A DNA stretch of 64,000 nucleotides, taken from positions 26,559,646-26,623,645 of the forward strand of contig NC_068982.1 in assembly GCF_001194135.2 (NCBI RefSeq), in the 5' to 3' direction. The translations under genes were made by a program, and so were the position numbers. Shown in pieces: positions 27,041 through 40,568 of the stretch. Source of the stretch: Octopus bimaculoides (Eukaryota). Each line of letters starts with the position of its first letter. Position 1 is the stretch's first letter. The notes beneath the pieces are model-generated. The model was not told where the DNA came from, made no database searches, and saw nothing but the letters and a program-made list of their open reading frames with translations.

Positions 27041-28661
27041 TTTTAATGAGTATATATATTTATCAAAATTTGATAAACCTACAAGACTAGGTGAAAGCGC
27101 TAATTTATAAAACATGTGACATATGAATAAAAATCTGTAAATATACAACGATCCAGACATCTGAGTACCTGATTATTAGTTTTTCTAATATATAATTCCT
27201 GTACATCACCTCCAAACCTTCCAATATATATATATATATATATAAAGCAAAACCATTTTATTCCAAAATTTATTTCTGTTTAACAACTGAGTGAATTTAA
27301 TAAAAGCATCTAAATATGAAACATCATGAAAATTGTTCAAACTGAACTCCATCTTGAGCGATACATTTTTCCATTCGAGTCAATACAGAATTATAGATAG
27401 TATTTATGGAATTTTGATTTACTGTCGGATGACATCTGGCCATAATAGAGAAAGACAGGGGGAATGAGAGAGAGAAAGAAAGAGAGAGAGATGAATGGAT
27501 GGACAGAAGGAGACAGATTCTAATTATTTAGTTATTAAAATCGTTTCTATTCATTATTATTTCTCAACACTTTTGATAAGTAATATTTGAAATGTCTTCT
27601 ATTTTATCAACTCTATTCTCATTTTCCCCTCAACCTGCGGCAATATTGCTATATTTAACAGTTTGAACGAATCCTTAAAATAGAGGCTTTCTGACTGCGA
27701 TTCAATCCATCTACTTTCGTTCCTACTCTGAATGCTGAGCGCTTCTCTGATATACTATATGTAATTCTGTTACTGAAATACACTTGGTAACAGTATACTG
27801 GATTGCTTTTTACTATTGTTTCTCATTTCGGTGCATTTCAATACTAACTTTTAAGTCTCAATCATTCATGCCGAACTGGAGGACGAAATATTGTGAACAC
27901 TACTATACACCAATCATGGAATGCAGATACCTGCCAAAGTGGAGTCAATTGACCTAATCGGTTACTAATATATTTATGTTAAGATATATTACCAAGTAAC
28001 AGATTGTATTTTATTACGCATCCATGTGATACAGAAATATACGTTGAAAATTATTTTCAAAATGTTTCAACTCTTCTACTATCATCTCTCTCGTCTTCTC
28101 TTCGTCTTTCACCAACTTCTCGCCACCATTGATGTCATCATTTCTGACGTACGTTCAGGAATTTGTGTTAGCACAAGAAAAAAGGACTTTCTAGGGTTAA
28201 CGATTAATAAATCGCTTTGCACAACACAAGATTACAGGTTTTAGTGGATCCCTACAATCATCGATATATATATATATATANNNNNNNNNNNNNNNNNNNN
28301 NNNNNNNNNNNNNNNNNNNNNNNNNNNNNNNNNNNNNNNNNNNNNNNNNNNNNNNNNNNNNNNNNNNNNNNNNNNNNNNNNNNNNNNNNNNNNNNNNNNN
28401 NNNNNNNNNNNNNNNNNNNNNNNNNNNNNNNNNNNNNNNNNNNNNNNNNNNNNNNNNNNNNNNNNNNNNNNNNNNNNNNNNNNNNNNNNNNNNNNNNNNN
28501 NNNNNNNNNNNNNNNNNNNNNNNNNNNNNNNNNNNNNNNNNNNNNNNNNNNNNNNNNNNNNNNNNNNNNNNNNNNNNNNNNNNNNNNNNNNNNNNNNNNN
28601 NNNNNNNNNNNNNNNNNNNNNNNNNNNNNNNNNNNNNNNNNNNNNNNNNNNNNNNNNNNNN

Positions 28662-28735
<74 letters not shown>

Positions 28736-28988
28736 GCGTGTGTGTACACCTGTGTAAGTATTCGTAAAATACACAGGACTGTGTTTTTATGTAAAATATC
28801 GGCGGCTCAATAAATGCAAAATATAGCTAGAACGGGAATACATAACTAATATAAATGTATATGAAATTTACTAAATCATGATATACATATCATCTAAAAC
28901 CACATACATTTTTTTTACAGTGCATGCAACCATACTTCTGTTAGATAAATAAATGAAAAAATATTCATACACACATACACAATATATG

Positions 28989-29304
<316 letters not shown>

Positions 29305-29729
29305 TGCGTAAATACTTCTTATATATTACATATTTCCATGCAAAGCCAAAAGTAAGTGATCTGAATTGTATATTTGAAGTTGAAGAGTATTTTTCGAGTT
29401 TTGCTTTTTCTATTTTGACTTAGTTTAGTATAAATTACGCATATTCTTTCATTAGTTTCAATTTGTAGGCTGAATCTAATAGAAGTGGTCGATACAAAAT
29501 CTTCGTAGCCGTACTGGAGCACCGGCTGTACAATTACTGCTTTATCAACAGATGTTGCTGCTCTTGGTTGCGTTTCTTACAGTCACATTGATTCGTGGGA
29601 ATCGCATTTGATAGGTTATCCAAATGTTATTTAAATACTAGTCACCATGTAGATTTCTCAGTTATTGTTCTGAAGCGAGGGTTGTAGCAGTTGGGGTTTG
29701 ATATTGCTCAGTTTGGTATCTTAGATCTC

Positions 29730-30990
29730 CGCCCTTCATTATTAAAATTCTCCCCATTTCTGAAGAGATAGACAATTCCCTAAAATAAGCGACCACCACA
29801 TCAAAGTCATTATAAACAATAAGATATCACTCTTGTTTCACAAAGATTCCCACTGGATAGAAAAAGAATGTGGCCCACTTTTCGATGTATTCATGTGGAG
29901 CGATGACGTGGCTGAGGTCGCTAAGCATGTCAGCTTATTTATCCTAGGCACCCTAAAAATGAATACTTCCCACCAAAGTTCGACCATGCTCAGAAATGAT
30001 TGCCTGCAATCTTAAGCCGTATAAACGTCAGCCTATCTATAGCTGTAACCATCAATTTACCAAAGTTCGAATCCAAGACGTCATTCCTCATCCCGATACA
30101 AGCAGAACTACTCCTATATAAATAGCCCGGCAAGGAAACTGCTTTTATTCGTGGAAATTCCAACCATCCACCTTCAGCTGTAATTAGAAATTTAGTCACT
30201 GGTATTAACATAAGAATTTCCAGTCTATCGCAGAATTGAATGATATTCAGCAGGGCCGCAGTCCACTATAACGAGGTACATACGTGACTTTACAGGTAAG
30301 TTATTGTATATGGAAGATACCATACTCCAATATCAAACCGGAAAACAAATTAGAAAGGAAAATCAATCTGGCTTAATCTTCCATACAATCTAAGTGTCCC
30401 CGCTAATATAATTAGATGAGGAGTTTTCTGGCACAAACTATGGAAACATTTCCCAATAATCATAAGATAACACTGTTATCCCCATAACGTGCTGGTTAGC
30501 TACTCATGCTTAGACCATATTATTTTCTACAATTCACGCTACAATAATAATCTCTCACATAATCTCCAAACCATATTTCAACGTATAACAGCCTAAATCC
30601 TATCAACTATCATTGAAAAGAATTCTGTATCTCAAAGAATGTGATATGCAGAGCTGCTCTCTAACAATCCAGTATGATAAGAGAATACTGTACAGGCACG
30701 ACAGTCAGTGATTTTAAGGGAAGATATACACAACACATACACTCCTTTAGGCGTAGGGTCAGAGAAAACTCCACCACGCTTTCTCGCTTCCGGAGACTCT
30801 ATATGCATTAAGACAACTCCTCCAGCATCACATGGGATATCCTTGACGGGACATCTTATTATTCTCTGGAGTTTTTAATTACCACACTGCCTTCGGGAGA
30901 AATTGCACATAGTTACTAGCTTGCAGTAGGAAAACCAATTTGTCTTACTGTTGCCACCAAAGGTAAGTTTTATTAACGAACATCGAGCCA
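29730..30990 (+). mobile_element. Penelope-like element relic (RT, thumb and GIY-YIG endonuclease)
   Basis: KISLLFHKDSHWIEKECGPLFDVFMWSDDVAEV...LRND; NSNHPPSAVIRNL; WLNLPYNLSV; KHFP; VSYSC; FCISKNVICRA..YCTGTTVSDFKGRYTQHIHSFR..NSTTLS; ITWDIL; CLREKLHI; CCHQR. Confidence 0.85.
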
Positions 30991-31324
30991 CTGGCCGCTG
31001 GTATCTCGATTCTACCACTTTAGGCATTGCTTGCCCATGCATACTGCCAGCTTATATGACCTGTGATAGACACCTTACCAAAACACATGTTGGCCACGTC
31101 AATTATAATGTGATAGCAGGAAATCTGTTAACCTCACGTGGTAAATATTGTAACTGAAATTCCACACCATAAGAAATGTCAACTAAATAGCGTCAACATG
31201 AGACTTCGAATGAAAGAACTGTTGTCGCTAGGATAGTTGATACAACGGCGTGAAATGATCTGATCTGCCAAATAATCATTTACAATCGATTTTAAATTTA
31301 TTTCAAGTTCTTTTCACTCTGAAT

Positions 31325-31372
31325 CTGAACATCTCGTGAGTTGGACTTATCTACACTCACGAAACTAAAGTA
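31325..31372 (+). ncRNA. Degenerate hammerhead-ribozyme-like motif downstream of the PLE
   Basis: CTGAACA (CUGANGA with G-to-C), stem GTGAGT/ACTCAC (31336-31341 with 31355-31360), then GAAA-CT-AA-AG-TA forming a minimal stem III and GUA site. Stem I is not convincing. Confidence 0.35.
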
Positions 31373-31394
31373 AAATGGAACTGAGCCAAATTAG

Positions 31395-31562
31395 TGTGTG
31401 CACCGCCTTTAATCGAACAAATCGACCCCAGGACTTATTCTCTGTAAGCCTAGTACTTATTCTATCGGTCTCTTTTACCGAACCGCTAAGTTACGGGGAC
31501 GTAAACACACCACCATCGGTTGTCAAGCGATGTTGGAGGGATAAACACAGACACACAAACAA

Positions 31563-31603
<41 letters not shown>

Positions 31604-31824
31604 NNNNNNNNNNNNNNNNNNNNNNNNNNNNNNNNNNNNNNNNNNNTATATACATATATACGACGGGCTTCTTTCAGTTTCCGTCTTACAAATCCATTCA
31701 CAAGGCTTTGGTCGGCCCGAGGCTATAGTAGAAGACACTTGTGCAAGGTGCTACGCAGTGGGACTGAACCCAGAACCATGTGGTTGGTAAGCAAGCTACA
31801 TACCACACAGCCAGTTCTGCGCCT
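31395..31824 (-). mobile_element. tRNA-head SINE (second family) with an internal (CA/TG)n tract
   Basis: Reverse complement reads AGGCGCAGAACTGGCTGTGTGGTA...GGTTCTGGGTTCAGTCCCACTGCG...TGTCTTCTACTATAGCC...(microsatellite and gap)...CCCCGTAACTTAGCGGTTCGG...AAGTACTAGG...GGCGGTG. Confidence 0.85.
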
Positions 31825-34539
31825 GTATTGTATATTATTTCAGTATTTTTCTATAGAACAAACCGTATCATATTTCCTTTAAGCTTTTGATCTTTTGTAT
31901 TTTAAGTGAGAAATGGAACAATTCTGACTTTGGAACTGAACAAAATATTGTCTAATATATTTACCTTCCTACTCTGCGCAAAGTCGTTCCGTTGACCACC
32001 TCTGATTGATCTGAACTTTCACGATTTTCCTTATTCAACGAGAGCAAAACACTCTAACTTTCTGTAAACTAAAAGAAACAAGCATCTTGCACTGAAATAT
32101 AAATATATTGAAACATTGATAAAATAAGTAATCGCTTACATACAGAATATTTACAATAGTATAATGATTATCATGCTAGTATTGTGGGTGTAGTTATACT
32201 AAAAACTTAAAGTAGAAAATGAAAATTCAACTGTAATAAAAAAAAATGTATTTTAAACATTCAAATTTTACTTTTGTGTTTCAACACTTACACTAATATT
32301 TTAAATTTTAGAACAAATCTACTTTTGGGGAAAAAGAGGAAAAGAGATAAGAAAATAAAAGAAGGAAATACTAAATAAGTAGTGGGGAAATAAAAGGAAG
32401 AAACAAAAGAAAAAAATTGATGTGAAATTATAGTTATTACAGTTTCATTGGCTAACCTGCCTGTCCTTCAGCATCGTTATCTTTGATTATTCGATTTAGT
32501 TGAATGAATGAACTCACGCCAACGCAGTTCTATTGACAGAACAAAAATAAGTAGAAAAAAAAAATATATATATATATATAGCGTAAAATTAAACTATACT
32601 GCAATTAAACATTGAGATGATGAACCAATCCTTTTGGGTAGCTGCATATTATAGATAATAGTCTAACTCAATTTAATCAAATCCACCCAGAAATCTCTGT
32701 ATAGCACTACTTAACATCACTCTTTATTTAATATGTGAAATGTCTATTAAATAAAATGAGAGCCATAACAGTTAATCGTTAAAATGCATAGTAAATTTTG
32801 CTCTTAATTGCTAATTGTTGGATTAAATATTAAAATACTTTTGTTAGAAAATATAAATTAGCTTCCTTAAATATTAAAAAATTATGTTTGGCCTTTACTG
32901 TCAAAATAACATTTAAATTTATAGCACCGCTCACTATTTACACAAGACTCATATAATTAGCAGCATCGTTGGCATCATTGCCTCCAAAGACAAGCAGCTA
33001 ATATCGATCATTGATACACTGATGTAATAAATGTTTTACCACAATAAATCTATACATCAAAAACTTCCACAACCAACGAACATTGGCGGATTCGATTATC
33101 AGTTGTAACCCTTTCGCTTCTTTTAATTTACTAATGTTTCTTGTCGTATGATCACCAGATTTTGCTTTTGATAAAATCTACTAGAGATAGTAGGTAAATT
33201 TAATCAACGGTTTTCATTCTTTGAATTACTATTAGGCTTATATAAATACTAATTTTTATTTCTTCGATTATTTCTAGTCAAACGATTATTTCTTATCTCT
33301 CGTAAGACAATGGCTCAGTAGTAGTAGACCGTTAATTATTATGCATACTGTATTTTAGAAAATGTGCTATATTTTATTCTTTATTTATTTGATCTTTCAT
33401 AAGTAGAAAGCCTATATTTTGATATAATTGATGCGAAAACGTTAAATAAAGATGTGCAAAATTTGACAGAGAATACAACCAAAATATTTATAAACAACAA
33501 GCTTTGACCTTTTAATAGTGAACATTTGAGCATTTATTTTCTAATGGTATGTATATAATTAGGCAATGAAAACTATTGAATATTATGGATATAACAATAT
33601 ACAGGGCCATCTAAAACTGTCTATGACATCAATATAAACAGGCTCAGAACCGTAACTGAGCTTCTTGTCTCTCCCTTTCTCTCTCATCTCTTCAATACAG
33701 CATTCATTCACCTCACCACAGTATTCATTAAACCCCTCCAACCCAACAAATCCTGTTGACTGACCCGGCTCAGAGATCCCAAGAGATTTGTCCACTACCC
33801 TACCGTTCATACTCTTGGTAGTTCTGACTATCCTAGGTCATTAAGTTGAATAAAATTACGTTATATCGTGCCGATTTTTAACCATGAATATTCTTTCATT
33901 TTTAGTAACAGAATTAAAACTTATATATATATCATTTAAATGCTATGGGAGTTCCAAATAAATAAATATATATATATTACAGAGCATAAATAATTTTCCT
34001 TCTGTGCTATCATTTCGTATTTTGATTATCTAGTAAGTAGGGTATATTTACCTATCTTGCCTCTGGATGCACCCGCCAGAGTTGTAATTCAAACAGAAAA
34101 TACTTTAAAGAATAAATCTGCCATTAACTTTATACTGTTGAAGTTTTATTTACTTAACAATCTTCTCCATGAAGCTACTCACCATATATAATACCTATTT
34201 CTGTAGCAGGCTATACATCTTGTTTTATTACTTTGTCAGTGTGTTACTACCTCACAGTTTGTTTGTTACAACAGGTAAAAGCATTTTGAAAGCTTTTTAA
34301 AGTTTAATGTGTCTGTTGGGTAACTGCTGTACGTCTTCATCTAACACCGTATAAATTTGTTAGGTTCAACAAAGCGTCTTACAATTTTTTGTGAGGTTAA
34401 ATATAATTGAAATTATTTATAATCCTGGTAGGATGATAGTTTATTTATTTGGCTCACTGAGACCACGGCACATAAAGGTTGGACATGAAGGCTGAAGAAA
34501 AAAGGAGTGAAGTTGATAAAATCGTCTGCTGATATATAC

Positions 34540-34577
<38 letters not shown>

Positions 34578-34639
34578 GTGTGTGTGTGTTCACACATCCT
34601 TCTAGGAGAAGAGTAACTCGTATATAAAACCTGATGCTC

Positions 34640-35552
34640 TACTGTGCCAGATATCTTAAACTTTGTTCGTCGTTTTGTTTGGGTTAATTTATAAATGTAT
34701 ATGAGTACGGTCCATGCCATCGAAACAACGAACATTTTGTTCTGTGTTTGTACGTGTGATCATTGTTTTGATGATGTGCAAAGCCAGTTATTGTCTAGAA
34801 GTTTATTCAAAAGCAAGTTGTAGAATATCAACATTTGTTGAGGTTGAAGTAACATCTGAGTCCGAAAAGAATGGCAAGTTTCTGTTGTGTTTAAAATGTA
34901 CTTTCAGCAGGAAAGATCCTCGGTAATACCGAGACCCAACATGAGCGAATTTGATGGCTCTGAGTGAGCATTATGAATAAGAGTATTTGGTACGATGGAG
35001 TTTCCTTGATTTGAGTAGCGTTTATATTTACTTTTTATTGATAGAGATATGATTGGTATATTTTGATCGGCGGATACTTTTGAAATCATTCGTAAGATCT
35101 GTGTTGCGAGCGACAACTTAGTTGTGAGTGAATAATAAATAACTGGATAATGTTAGAGAGAAATAAAGAATAGTGTCAATTGCGAATGGGTGAGTTGCAT
35201 GTGGTGGCAAGAATGTTATCGATTTAAAGAAGAGAGTCGGAGACAAATCTGAACCCTGACACTCACCGAAATCGATAGAATGAGGAACAGAAAGAGTTCC
35301 ATCATCTCACGCAACTATAGTGCGACCTGGTAGGAGGTTACAGGTCCAAGAGATGGGCGATGGGGGAGCTCACAGTCAAGAAGTTTTGAGAGGAGATTCA
35401 CATGTTACACGTTGTCGAAGGTTTTGCTCACGCAGAAGGAGATAGCATTACTTTCACTAAGTACTTCCACAGGAAGAGCCCACTGTCAAGAAAAAGATGA
35501 GAGGAAGCCATTAGTGTATCTAGCCTGGCAGAAACCACACTGATAGTCATTA

Positions 35553-35600
<48 letters not shown>

Positions 35601-35810
35601 AAGAGAGAGTGAGAGAGAGACAGATAGACAAACAGATAGGTAGACAGACAGGCAGGCAGGCAGACAAGCAGAGACATAGGGACAGAGAGAATCAAAGTAT
35701 CATAGGACACCATTGTTAACGGCTCTCTCCATTGCCGCAAAGATGTTAGAAGTGAGGAGCAAAAGGATAATCGAGTGCAATAGGGTCATGAAGAAGTTAC
35801 AGTTCTGTTG
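34640..35810 (-). mobile_element. CR1/L2-group LINE reverse transcriptase fragment, interrupted by a microsatellite
   Basis: ALTSNIFAAME..NN...FNDYQCGFCQARYT...SKTFDNV*H..LLSKL...GECQGSDLSPTLF...PSNSLMLGLGITEDLSC...QPQQMLIFY correspond to NYRPIALTS, QYGFR, SKAFD.VWH and PQGS.L.PTLF motifs. Confidence 0.8.
35556..35690. repeat. Compound (GA)n/(GACA)n/(GGCA)n microsatellite inside the LINE ORF
   Basis: Read directly. Confidence 0.9.
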
Positions 35811-36247
35811 AAAATATCAGCATTCTCTATTTCCTAACGGTATAAAGATTTATTCCACTAGTGGACAATATGCACTGTTGTTTGTCAAAGGAGATGATCG
35901 TAAGTTTTCTAAGTGTGTACTGTTTCACAGAATATTAGCAAGCAATTGGCTGGTGGGAATATATATGTCTGTATAGATAGTCTAAAATTTCTGACTAGAT
36001 TTTATCAAAATAAATGTTGAACATCACAATTCGTTTTAGTGATTGATATTACTAAGGATATTACATAAATATTCTGGTCAAATCCTGCAACTTGTTATAT
36101 CATTCACGGACACAAATGTTTTGCTGCTTTCGTCCTATATCATCTACAGTTTATATATTGTGCATGTGATATGTTTGCGTGTGTACGCATGTAGAGAAGC
36201 AGAGAGACAAAGAGCAGGAGAGACACAGACAGAAGAAAAGAGCGAGA

Positions 36248-36258
36248 TAGATAGATAT

Positions 36259-36342
<84 letters not shown>
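36248..36342. repeat. (GATA)/(TA)n/(GA)n microsatellite
   Basis: Read directly. Confidence 0.95.
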
Positions 36343-36345
<3 letters not shown>

Positions 36346-36879
36346 ACAGTTTTGAGTTCTAATGTTTGTAGATTCATAGATAGTATGTATGTGTTTGACG
36401 GTGTGGTAGTTATTATTATCATTTAATAATGGAGTCACACGTTACGATTCAACTCTCCTCAAAAGAAAATATCATTTATATACACGTGATTACTGACAAA
36501 GCTCAGAAGAGAGATATCCGTATATAGCACTCTCACCGCCGCTACAGGACAATGTTTGTTTACTACTGATATAGTTGTACTTTTAAAAGCAGTAAGGCCT
36601 TGTTAGGAAGTAGATGAACGTTGGGGAGAGGAAGAGCGTCCTGCTGTAAAATACCAAAGCCTCATATTGTACCTGAGCTACGCAAGCATAGAAAATTAGA
36701 AAGGAAATCGGAATGAAAGAACACAACAAATATACACCTGTGAACCTTTGTGTGTGCGCACGTGCACGCGCCATGTGCGTCTGTGTGTAATTATGTGTGT
36801 ATGTGTCTGTGTAGCAGTCACTCATGTCTGAGTAATGTTGTGGTATCTTGTATCATGCATTCGTTAACTGTTTTAAGTA

Positions 36880-37120
36880 TTATGTGGCCGCCGAGAGACC
36901 TATGCACTCTTGTGTATTCCCGCTGGCAGAATATCGAGCAGGTAAAACGTAGATGGATAAGCAGGATATCAGCACTTTACTGCAATTCATTTGCAAGTGA
37001 GTAGGCTGGAACTGTGTAAAATTAAATGTTTTGCTGGAGGACACAACACGCTGTCGTGTCCCGGAACCAGAGTCAAGGCTTTATGATCGTGCTTCCAATA
37101 CCCTAACCACTCGGCCGTGA
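36880..37120 (-). mobile_element. tRNA-head SINE (third family, GTGTCCTTGAGCAAG-like core)
   Basis: Reverse complement GGCCGAGTGGTTAGGGTATTGG...GCGTGTTGTGTCCTCCAGCAAAACATTT; related copies at 51085 and 53175. Confidence 0.6.
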
Positions 37121-37277
37121 CCACAAACATACATACATACATACTTGCTTGCTTATATATACAAATACATGACTATTAAGGTTTATCTTTCTATTTCAGG
37201 TTTAATGTATTTTCTTGATATTTTTTACAATCACATTGGAACAATAAAGTTCTTAAATCCATATTTGACGTCTCCAG

Positions 37278-37362
<85 letters not shown>

Positions 37363-38269
37363 NNNNNNNNNNNNNNNNNNNNNNNNNNNNNNNNNNNNNN
37401 NNNNNNNNNNNNNNNNNNNNNNNNNNNNNNNNNNNNNNNNNNNNNNNNNNNNNNNNNNNNNNNNNNNNNNNNNNNNNNNNNNNNNNNNNNNNNNNNNNNN
37501 NNNNNNNNNNNNNNNNNNNNNNNNNNNNNNNNNNNNNNNNNNNNNNNNNNNNNNNNNNNNNNNNNNNNNNNNNNNNNNNNNNNNNNNNNNNNNNNNNNNN
37601 NNNNNNNNNNNNNNNNNNNNNNNNNNNNNNNNNNNNNNNNNNNNNNNNNNNNNNNNNNNNNNNNNNNNNNNNNNNNNNNNNNNNNNNNNNNNNNNNNNNN
37701 NNNNNNNNNNNNNNNNNNNNNNNNNNNNNNNNNNNNNNNNNNNNNNNNNNNNNNNNNNNNNNNNNNNNNNNNNNNNNNNNNNNNNNNNNNNNNNNNNNNN
37801 NNNNNNNNNNNNNNNNNNNNNNNNNNNNNNNNNNNNNNNNNNNNNNNNNNNNNNNNNNNNNNNNNNNNNNNNNNNNNNNNNNNNNNNNNNNNNNNNNNNN
37901 NNNNNNNNNNNNNNNNNNNNNNNNNNNNNNNNNNNNNNNNNNNNNNNNNNNNNNNNNNNNNNNNNNNNNNNNNNNNNNNNNNNNNNNNNNNNNNNNNNNN
38001 NNNNNNNNNNNNNNNNNNNNNNNNNNNNNNNNNNNNNNNNNNNNNNNNNNNNNNNNNNNNNNNNNNNNNNNNNNNNNNNNNNNNNNNNNNNNNNNNNNNN
38101 NNNNNNNNNNNNNNNNNNNNNNNNNNNNNNNNNNNNNNNNNNNNNNNNNNNNNNNNNNNNNNNNNNNNNNNNNNNNNNNNNNNNNNNNNNNNNNNNNNNN
38201 NNNNNNNNNNNNNNNNNNNNNNNNNNNNNNNNNNNNNNNNNNNNNNNNNNNNNNNNNNNNNNNNNNNNN

Positions 38270-38304
<35 letters not shown>

Positions 38305-38337
38305 CAGAGAGAGAGACAGACAGAGAGAGAGAGAGAC

Positions 38338-38376
<39 letters not shown>

Positions 38377-38595
38377 GGGGGGTTATGAGAGGTAATGGTG
38401 TCAATAAGACCCAAAAGTGTCAGGTAATGCTGAGTAAGTGCTATGGATAGATCATAGCTAAGTTCCAGGTTCGGTGATTATGCGAATAAGGAGTGCAACG
38501 TAGGTCATATATCAGTATGTGTATATATAATTTTTTTTTTCAGAATGAGATAAAAAAAACCAAGGCTGTGAAGATTTTAGAACATTTATAAATAG

Positions 38596-38643
38596 GTCTT
38601 ACAGCTGTTTCCAGAATATTTGTTATATCACTTCATCGGAGAC
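38596..38643 (-). ncRNA. Minimal PLE-type hammerhead ribozyme motif (degenerate)
   Basis: Minus strand GTCT-CCGATGA-AGTGATAT-AACAA-ATATTCT-GGAAAC-AGCT-GTA-AGAC: stem I GTCT/AGAC, core with U4-to-C, stem II GATAT/ATATT, palindromic stem III ACAGCTGT and a GUA cleavage triplet. Confidence 0.6.
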
Positions 38644-39377
38644 AGTGTGAGAGGATGGTTAAGCAAGAGTTAATTTAGATAAGATACGAGAGTGAAGTGG
38701 AGGAATGAAAATAGATGTAAGATATGCAGGGATATTGCATTTGTAGATCCATTATTTAGGCAGAATGGTATACATATAAGATTCCAATACCTTGTGAGTA
38801 AATTCCAATAGTATTTAAAATTGGTCATTCCAAGTATAGAGTTTGTACACAGTGCTATTGAATCGAGAGTTTTATTTAAAGTGACCTAAAAGTAGGGAAT
38901 ATATTTGTAAGGTCAAATCGAATATATATATATAATATAGATTTAATCAAAAGATTAAATGTGGTACTTAAAATGTTTGAGGCACCAGNNNNNNNNNNNN
39001 NNNNNNNNNNNNNNNNNNNNNNNNNNNNNNNNNNNNNNNNNNNNNNNNNNNNNNNNNNNNNNNNNNNNNNNNNNNNNNNNNNNNNNNNNNNNNNNNNNNN
39101 NNNNNNNNNNNNNNNNNNNNNNNNNNNNNNNNNNNNNNNNNNNNNNNNNNNNNNNNNNNNNNNNNNNNNNNNNNNNNNNNNNNNNNNNNNNNNNNNNNNN
39201 NNNNNNNNNNNNNNNNNNNNNNNNNNNNNNNNNNNNNNNNNNNNNNNNNNNNNNNNNNNNNNNNNNNNNNNNNNNNNNNNNNNNNNNNNNNNNNNNNNNN
39301 NNNNNNNNNNNNNNNNNNNNNNNNNNNNNNNNNNNNNNNNNNNNNNNNNNNNNNNNNNNNNNNNNNNNNNNNNNNNN

Positions 39378-39562
39378 CGGTATTTCGTCTGCCGCTACGT
39401 TCTGAGTTCAAATTCCGCCGAGGTCGACTTTGCCTTTCATCCTTTCGGGGTCGATCAAATAAGTACCAGTTACGCACTGGGGTCGGTATAATCGACTTAA
39501 TCCGTTTGTCTGTCCTTGTTTGTCCCCTCTGTGTGTAGCCCCTTGTGGGTAGTAAAGAAATA
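39378..39562 (+). mobile_element. tRNA-derived SINE (5' part in the gap)
   Basis: GAGTTCAAATTCCGCCGAGGTCGACTTTGCCTTTCATCC...; same family as 11860-12086. Confidence 0.85.
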
Positions 39563-39599
39563 ACACACACACACACACACACGCACACACACACACACA

Positions 39600-40484
39600 C
39601 AGACGGTTGGTGGAGAGAAACTAGGTATTAAAAATTGCTAGAACTTTTAGTATCACTGAAGTCATGACGAAGAAATTTTTTAAACAGACAATACTAATAG
39701 GGATTTCATATTTTTTTATTGTCTCATTTTTCATTTCTTATTTTCAGATGGCCGGTCGCTTGATTGTTACGGAGCGAGCTAAGATAGCAGCACGCTAGGA
39801 AGTGTGGAATACCATTGTTTTGATTCAGAAATGGTGTTGTGCATGGAAAGGTAAGCATGCAACACTACCTCCGGTGACAATAAAAAGTTGTCATGCAAAG
39901 CTGATGACCACGGGCTCAGTGAAAGATGCAAGAAGTGGCCGTCCAGCCACATCCCGATCAGCAGAGAACGTGGCAACAGTACGGGAAATGTTTAATCGCA
40001 GTTCGCAAAAATCAACACACCAAGCAGTTCGTGAAAGTGGACTAACAAGACACACAATACATACAGTGTTGCATAAAGAACTGAATTTTCTCCAAGAAAA
40101 ACGCCATTACGTGCAGGAGCTAAAACCTGAAGACTGGGACCGCAGACGTCCAGGAGTCCAGGAGTCCAGAACTCAAAAAGGTCCAGATCTCACTCCATGT
40201 GATTTTTGCCGGTGGGATTGCACCAAGACAAAATCTCGCACACGAGATACGGATTCAGGGGGTTTTCAATGATATTCCAGACGACGTCCTTCAGAAATTT
40301 GTTCACTCCATCCCTGGTCGTTTGAGGAAACTTGTTGACGCCGCCAGTGCTTACGTTAAGATATGAAGATTTACTTTCATTTTCCCATGTAATAAAAATA
40401 TGTATCGTTTGTTTCAATAAATTTGTAAAAGGAATATGGATTTTATTACCAATTTTTAAAGCCTACTTACTTTTTACCAACCTG
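39600..40484 (+). mobile_element. Internally deleted IS630-Tc1-mariner element (DDxD type, rosa/maT-like)
   Basis: ATG 39748 to TGA 40366: MAGRLIVTERAKIAAR...TGSVKDARSGRP...HYVQELKPED[deletion]PDLTPCDF...IPGRLRKLVDA. 3' TIR ...TACTTACTTTTTACCAACCTG followed by TA; a degenerate 5' TIR starts at 39600. Confidence 0.8.
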
Positions 40485-40568
40485 TATATATGAATATATA
40501 TATATNNNNNNNNNNNNNNNNNNNNNNNNNNNNNNNNNNNNATATAAGCAGTTCTAATATAATAAATA

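Noticed and set aside
30560-30660. Selenocysteine (in-frame TGA) in the Naiad-like PLE linker
   Set aside because: The expected cysteine positions read TAT (from TGT), and the nearby TGA arises from a frameshift, so there is no evidence of Sec coding in this copy.
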